From NCBI GenBank assembly GCA_977020255.1, contig CDROCS010000506.1, positions 1,674,001-1,738,000 on the forward strand: DNA of 64,000 bases, read 5' to 3'. The stretch is from Obrimoposthia wandeli (taxonomy: Eukaryota). Shown one piece after another: positions 59,042 through 64,000 of the stretch (its first letter is position 1; every line of letters begins with the position of its first letter). The notes under the pieces are model-generated. The model did not search any database and was not told the DNA's origin. It worked only from the letters and a program-made list of their open reading frames with translations. Both the position numbers and the translations under genes were made by a program.

Positions 59042-61312
59042 TTACAACGTATCCACTACCACTTTTGGTGTAACGAAGATTAACAGCTCTCGTTTTTGAT
59101 TGATATTCTTAGTACTGCGGAACAATACGCCTAACCAAGGGATATCACCGAGAACCGGAACTTTCGTTACAATCTTTTTAATTTCATGCTTAAAGATACC
59201 ACCTAACACCACAGTTTCGCCATTTTCAACCAAGACTTGAGTGCTAATAACTTGGGTGTCGATAGATACAGCTTCGCCACCCACTGTCTTAACATCCTCA
59301 CCACGGGTATCTTGATTTATTTTCAAATCTAAGATGATTTTATTGTCTGGAGTAATATGTGGTGTCACTTGTAAACCCAATACCGCTTTTTTAAAGGCGA
59401 TAGAAGTAGCACCACTTGAACTTGATTCAACGTACGGAATTTCCGTACCTTGCTCAATATACGCTGACTTTTGGTCTGTGGTGGTAATTCTTGGACTTGC
59501 GATCACTTCTGCTTTTTGCTCTGCTTCTAACGCAGATAGCTCTAAATCTAGTATTTGACCATTGGCTAAATCTGCAATTTGAAACGCAATCGAACCCGCA
59601 GGTGATGCGACAGGTAGATTCACATTCAGGCGATCACCAATAGCTGGCATACTGCCACCAGCCAAAGAATCGTTACCTTCAATAGAGCCTGATGTTAAAC
59701 CAAAGCCACTACCGATATCAGTACTGCCACTTAAGCCCCAACGAATACCGAGCTCATCATCGAGGTTATCTACCACTGAAACCATTCTAGCTTCAATAAT
59801 AACTTGGCGTACAGGTACGTCAAGCACCTCAATAATACGCCTCACATTGGCAATGACCGTGGCCGTATCTTTAATTAATACTGTATTCGTACGCTCGTCA
59901 AAACTGACCGTACCGCGTGATGATAACAGACTAGAATCTTTTTGTGACAAAAGCTTTGTTATATCAGCCGCTTTAGCAAAGCTTATTTGCATAAATTCCG
60001 ACTGTAACTCGGCTAAATCTTCCACTTCTTTCTTGCTAACCAGGTCACGACGCTCTAATGCAGCTAGCTCATCAGCAGGTGCAACCATCAAAACATTACC
60101 ATCAAGCTGCTTACTCAAGCCCTTAACTTTCATTACAATATCAAGTGCTTGCTCCCATGGTACACTATCTAAACGCAGGGTGATATTACCATTCACGGAA
60201 TCGGTAGTAACTAAGTTAAACTCATTAAAATCAGCAATTAACTGTAGAACCGTACGCACAGGAATATCTTGGAAATTAAGTGATATTGCCTGCCCTTGAT
60301 ATTTACTGGTTTTTTCATCAGGGTCTTTTTTGGTAATTTCAATCACAAAAATATTATCCGCTTGATCATAGCGGTAATTAAAATCATCACTGATGTCTAA
60401 CTCAAACGACGTAATACCTTCATCATGGAAGGTTTCAATGGCCGTTACTGGCGTACCAAAATCTGCCACATCTAAAATATAGAGCAATTTTTTCAAAATC
60501 GCCGTACTATGAAATTCAGCGATTAACTTGTTGCCTTTACGCTGAATATCAACCGCCATCGAACTATTTTTCAGGGTTAAAATTAATTTACCACTACCAT
60601 CGTTACCGGTACGAAAATCTATCCCACGTACCTGGTTTACAAAACCACTAAAATCTTCTTCCTCGTCCTCAATTGGCACGATATCTTCTATCTTAGGAGA
60701 CTGTTCCGTAACTTGGAGACCATCTTTAGTCGCAAGTAATGACGGACTAACGGTTGCAGCAGATGCATCACTATCACTCATGTTACTGTCAATTGAAGAG
60801 ACCGAAGGCGGCACTGCACGATTACCAGCCGTTAGTTCAGGTTCCCCCGCAAGCACTAAACTATCACCATCGATGCTGCTAGCAGCCATTTCAGGCACGA
60901 TAACATCACTACTTAACAGCCCAAAAGTAGCGATCAAACTAGTGTTATTTTGCACAATTTGATACGGCACAAGTTCATCTAAAGCGATGGTGATTTTAAG
61001 GCCTAAATCGACGCGTTCTGCCGCCACATTTAATACATGACCTTGTTCGATAACCACAGGGTTAAGTAATAAAGTAGAGCTAGCATCTGGTACGAGGATC
61101 ACCAATTGATGCGGTGAATATTGTAGTTTATCTGCATATTCGACCACATTTTCACTAAATTCTAACTCCAGTTCGAGTTGCCCTTCAGCTAACGAATTTA
61201 AGTGAATCTGCTTTAGTTGTGGTTCCGCAAAACTAAAAGCAGAACAAAAAAGTGTGGTACATAAAACCAATATCTTCACGATATTGGTACATCTTATATA
61301 TGATTTAGTCAT
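59042..61312 (-). CDS. pilQ: Type IV pilus secretin PilQ
   Basis: AMIN domains, ISLNFQDIPVR, secretin core QVIIEAR, ASPRITT, GETVVLGG, KVPVLGDIP, ELLIFVTP. Confidence 0.96.
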   Translation of the reverse strand: MTKSYIRCTNIVKILVLCTTLFCSAFSFAEPQLKQIHLNSLAEGQLELELEFSENVVEYADKLQYSPHQLVILVPDASSTLLLNPVVIEQGHVLNVAAERVDLGLKITIALDELVPYQIVQNNTSLIATFGLLSSDVIVPEMAASSIDGDSLVLAGEPELTAGNRAVPPSVSSIDSNMSDSDASAATVSPSLLATKDGLQVTEQSPKIEDIVPIEDEEEDFSGFVNQVRGIDFRTGNDGSGKLILTLKNSSMAVDIQRKGNKLIAEFHSTAILKKLLYILDVADFGTPVTAIETFHDEGITSFELDISDDFNYRYDQADNIFVIEITKKDPDEKTSKYQGQAISLNFQDIPVRTVLQLIADFNEFNLVTTDSVNGNITLRLDSVPWEQALDIVMKVKGLSKQLDGNVLMVAPADELAALERRDLVSKKEVEDLAELQSEFMQISFAKAADITKLLSQKDSSLLSSRGTVSFDERTNTVLIKDTATVIANVRRIIEVLDVPVRQVIIEARMVSVVDNLDDELGIRWGLSGSTDIGSGFGLTSGSIEGNDSLAGGSMPAIGDRLNVNLPVASPAGSIAFQIADLANGQILDLELSALEAEQKAEVIASPRITTTDQKSAYIEQGTEIPYVESSSSGATSIAFKKAVLGLQVTPHITPDNKIILDLKINQDTRGEDVKTVGGEAVSIDTQVISTQVLVENGETVVLGGIFKHEIKKIVTKVPVLGDIPWLGVLFRSTKNINQKRELLIFVTPKVVVDTL

Positions 61313-61463
61313 TTCATCATCCCTGAAAATGGCTTAACTGTTTGTCTTGGTTACTATTAACGTTTATCTCGCTAATATTAATGATTACTTAGCTGTGGTT
61401 AACGATTCCCTATCTACTCATAGCCTTATCGACTAAGAGTTTTACCTGCTAAGAATTTCCCTG

Positions 61464-61988
61464 TTAAGTATCTTGGCTGCTAAGCGGTATTTGCGTTGTA
61501 CGCACTTGCCAGCAACCTTTACCCGTTAATATCAATTCCGATAATTCGATATAATTTTTGGTTATGTCGAGTATTTCACCGTGATTAAGTCCAATATAAT
61601 CACCCGGTGAAACTCGGAATATCTCTCCGGAACTGGCTTTGATTAACCCCCAAAGATGTTCCTCACTACCCAGAGTGCCATGCATATTTAAATTATCTAA
61701 TGAATAAGTTTCTAGCGGTCCTTTAATCCGCGCAAAATTTGGCTGCGGACAATTCTGTGGAAACGGTGTTTCTGCCTTTACCGATTCAGGGCGAGGATTA
61801 GAAAATGGGTTGCGTGCTCCCGTCTCCGAATAATGCAATGCCACAAAACTCTCCATATCGGGTACATTTTCAATTAAGGCTGTTTTACGCGCCTTTACAT
61901 CATTGATATAATTTACCAGGTCCTGATTATCCGCAGTGCAACCCGTTACCGTCAGAGATAAAAAAACTAAACTCGTCATTCGTTTCAT
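61464..61988 (-). CDS. pilP: Type IV pilus lipoprotein PilP
   Basis: Lipobox VTGC, RNPF, PLETYSLDNL...GT, G.YIGLNHG.I. Confidence 0.93.
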   Translation of the reverse strand: MKRMTSLVFLSLTVTGCTADNQDLVNYINDVKARKTALIENVPDMESFVALHYSETGARNPFSNPRPESVKAETPFPQNCPQPNFARIKGPLETYSLDNLNMHGTLGSEEHLWGLIKASSGEIFRVSPGDYIGLNHGEILDITKNYIELSELILTGKGCWQVRTTQIPLSSQDT

Positions 61989-62563
61989 TTTTCCCCCTTA
62001 TAACGATAGGTACGGGCAATCATATTCACTTTAAGTAATTCCCCTTGCAGTTTAGTGATCGTGAAATCTTCTAACGTTACGATCCGCGGTAATGCGGCAA
62101 TGTCGCTGGTGAATTGTCCAAGTTGATGAAAGGTGCCGATGACTTCCAAACTGACTGGTACTTCGTAAGAAAAATCTCGTTTTACTTCCTGCAACCATTT
62201 AAATTTGCGCAGTTGCAAACCGTTATGCTGACCAATATAACTCAAATCATCGAGCAATCCTGCAGTCTCACTTTTCGATGGCAACTGCCTCAACATGTGA
62301 TTAAATAAGCTTTCCATCTCGGACATCTGCTCGGTATATAAACCTAAGTTACCAGCAAGGCTGGCTTTGCCTTCAAACTGTAATTTTAAACTGGCTTCTT
62401 TCTTTTCAATATTTTCCAGCGTTTGTAACGACGACGCGATAACCATCCAATAGAATAACCCCGCAATTAATACGGAAAAAATGATATTGATGACTATCTT
62501 TGCTGGTTTCGGCCAATTTCCCAGATCTTCAAGATCCAGTTCATTAATTTCTTGTAGATTCAT
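61985..62563 (-). CDS. pilO: Type IV pilus protein PilO
   Basis: GNWP, LRQLPSKSE, G.FHQLGQF..IA.LPRIV. Confidence 0.93.
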   Translation of the reverse strand: MNLQEINELDLEDLGNWPKPAKIVINIIFSVLIAGLFYWMVIASSLQTLENIEKKEASLKLQFEGKASLAGNLGLYTEQMSEMESLFNHMLRQLPSKSETAGLLDDLSYIGQHNGLQLRKFKWLQEVKRDFSYEVPVSLEVIGTFHQLGQFTSDIAALPRIVTLEDFTITKLQGELLKVNMIARTYRYKGEK

Positions 62564-62564
62564 C

Positions 62565-63119
62565 TTAGTTGCCCCCGTCCTTAACCATAGGAGTTACCGA
62601 GAACCGCATTTCAAAGCGATTACCCTCTCCTTCCGACAAAGCAACAATAGAGTCTAAATTACCGTCTCTAAGCCAATTTGATTCCTCAATATTACGCAGC
62701 AATACCGCAAGACGCGTATTCGAATCACTGGTGCCATTAATCTTAATAATGTCATTTTTAAAGGTTAATTTAGCCAGGTTTACACCTGCAGGAACAAGTT
62801 GTGGCAAGGTATTCATCAGTTGCGTAGGTGTATTGCGACTGCGCTGTAAGCTTTGAATTAAATCAATACGCTCTTGCAGCTTATCTTTACGTCCACGTAA
62901 CTCTTTAATTTTACCCAACTTCACATCAATAACTTGCATCTCTTGCATCAGCAGTGCATTGCGTTGTTTTTGATTATCAATAAAGCCACCAATAACCATA
63001 TTCAGTATAATCATGACCAACAAGGTCGCACCAAGGCTAAGCCCTGTTAAGGTGTAAAATCGTTGTAGCCTCAGCTTTTTGTCGGCTTCGCGCCAGGGTA
63101 ATAAATTAATATTCGACAT
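62565..63119 (-). CDS. pilN: Type IV pilus protein PilN
   Basis: MSNINLLPWRE, TM, I..LQ..R. Confidence 0.93.
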   Translation of the reverse strand: MSNINLLPWREADKKLRLQRFYTLTGLSLGATLLVMIILNMVIGGFIDNQKQRNALLMQEMQVIDVKLGKIKELRGRKDKLQERIDLIQSLQRSRNTPTQLMNTLPQLVPAGVNLAKLTFKNDIIKINGTSDSNTRLAVLLRNIEESNWLRDGNLDSIVALSEGEGNRFEMRFSVTPMVKDGGN

Positions 63120-64000
63120 TATAACGCCCTCATCGCTAAACCAAGAGCAACCATATAACGCGGTCCATTGGCGATTAAACGTTCTTTATCTTCAACATTA
63201 TCAGCATAATCAAATTCGACGAATGGATTAGCCACACGCGTGGTGATGCCCAGTTCGTCTTCAACTTGCTGAGCCAGTTCCATGATTAATGCAGAACCAC
63301 CACTAAGCGTGATCATATCTATCTTCTGCAAAGTACCTGAGTTAGTAAACAGCTGCACATTACGGCGGATCTGTTGTATACACGCGGTAATATAAGGCGC
63401 TAATACATCAATATCGTAATCGAGCGGCAATTGCTGAGCGAGTTTCAACTTTTCAGCTTCATCTCGTTTCAAACTATAATGCTCACTAATGGTGCGCGTG
63501 TAGTTTTCGCCACCGAAATTTTGCACTCGAGAATAAATCGATTCTCCCTGATGCAGCATTGAAAAAATGGTCATGTTAGTACCAATATCAATCGCAGCCA
63601 CCACTTTGCTATCATCTTGTAAATCCGCTAAGCGTAAATACAGATCATGAGAACGCGCTAATGCATGTGCCGCCACATCAACAATTGTCGGGGTAAAATC
63701 ATTCTCTTCTAGGCAGCCAGCTAATGATGTCACGCTTTCCGTGCGAGTCGCGCTCAGTAACACATTGTGCTTGCCTGGATTGTTCTCATTAATACCTAAT
63801 ATTTCAAAATCGAGACTGATTTCATCCAGTGGGAAAGGAATTAAACTTTCCGCCTCCAATTCGATATGCATTTCCAGCTCAGGGCCAGAAAGGTCGGTAT
63901 CAACATAAATAATTTTCGTAATAACATTTGTGCCAGACACGGCAGTTGCAGCTTGTTTATAGCGGAAAGGAAAATCTTGACGCACTTGTTGCAAGACATT
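63119..64000 (-). CDS. pilM: Type IV pilus protein PilM, 5' end outside the window
   Basis: IPFPLDEISLDF, IDIG, FGG..YT, LSGG, ANPF, YMVALGLA.R. Confidence 0.93.
   Translation of the reverse strand, partial: NVLQQVRQDFPFRYKQAATAVSGTNVITKIIYVDTDLSGPELEMHIELEAESLIPFPLDEISLDFEILGINENNPGKHNVLLSATRTESVTSLAGCLEENDFTPTIVDVAAHALARSHDLYLRLADLQDDSKVVAAIDIGTNMTIFSMLHQGESIYSRVQNFGGENYTRTISEHYSLKRDEAEKLKLAQQLPLDYDIDVLAPYITACIQQIRRNVQLFTNSGTLQKIDMITLSGGSALIMELAQQVEDELGITTRVANPFVEFDYADNVEDKERLIANGPRYMVALGLAMRAL

Noticed and set aside
59334-60962. Plus-strand ORFs of 60-150 aa
   Set aside because: Antisense to pilQ; no signals

Overview
AT-rich marine gammaproteobacterial chromosome segment; gene content and order suggest a Moritella-like Vibrionales/Alteromonadales relative (inference). 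Most of it is housekeeping: an Fe3+ ABC binding protein (truncated), an RND pump pair, parE-yqiA-cpdA-nudF/tolC-lpxL, glnE, a DUF350/YjfI/PspA/DUF2491 module, ygiF, DUF47-pit, ygiM, yaaA, pilTU, the yggS-proC-yggT-rdgB-hemW block, glutaminase, trmB, mutY-yggX-mltC, an 8-tRNA array (4 Phe, 3 Thr, 1 Asn), an OmpA lipoprotein, relV, rpoH, marC and the pilMNOPQ-aroK-aroB-damX-dam-rpe-gph-trpS block. No mobile element, prophage or CRISPR array was seen. Two things stand out. (1) A ~10 kb nitrate/nitrite block (40982-51193) with two divergent sigma54 promoters around an NtrC box. It encodes a NarB-sized Mo nitrate reductase with no Tat signal, paired with a fused 4x[4Fe-4S]/DmsC-type membrane anchor that appears topologically inverted, plus NirBD and a PP2C-kinase fusion. 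(2) A PspA (bacterial ESCRT-III) operon whose promoter carries two perfect GACATA-W-TATGTC palindromes and whose last gene looks like a tandem ribbon-helix-helix repressor. All family calls come from motif recognition by eye; no searches were run.
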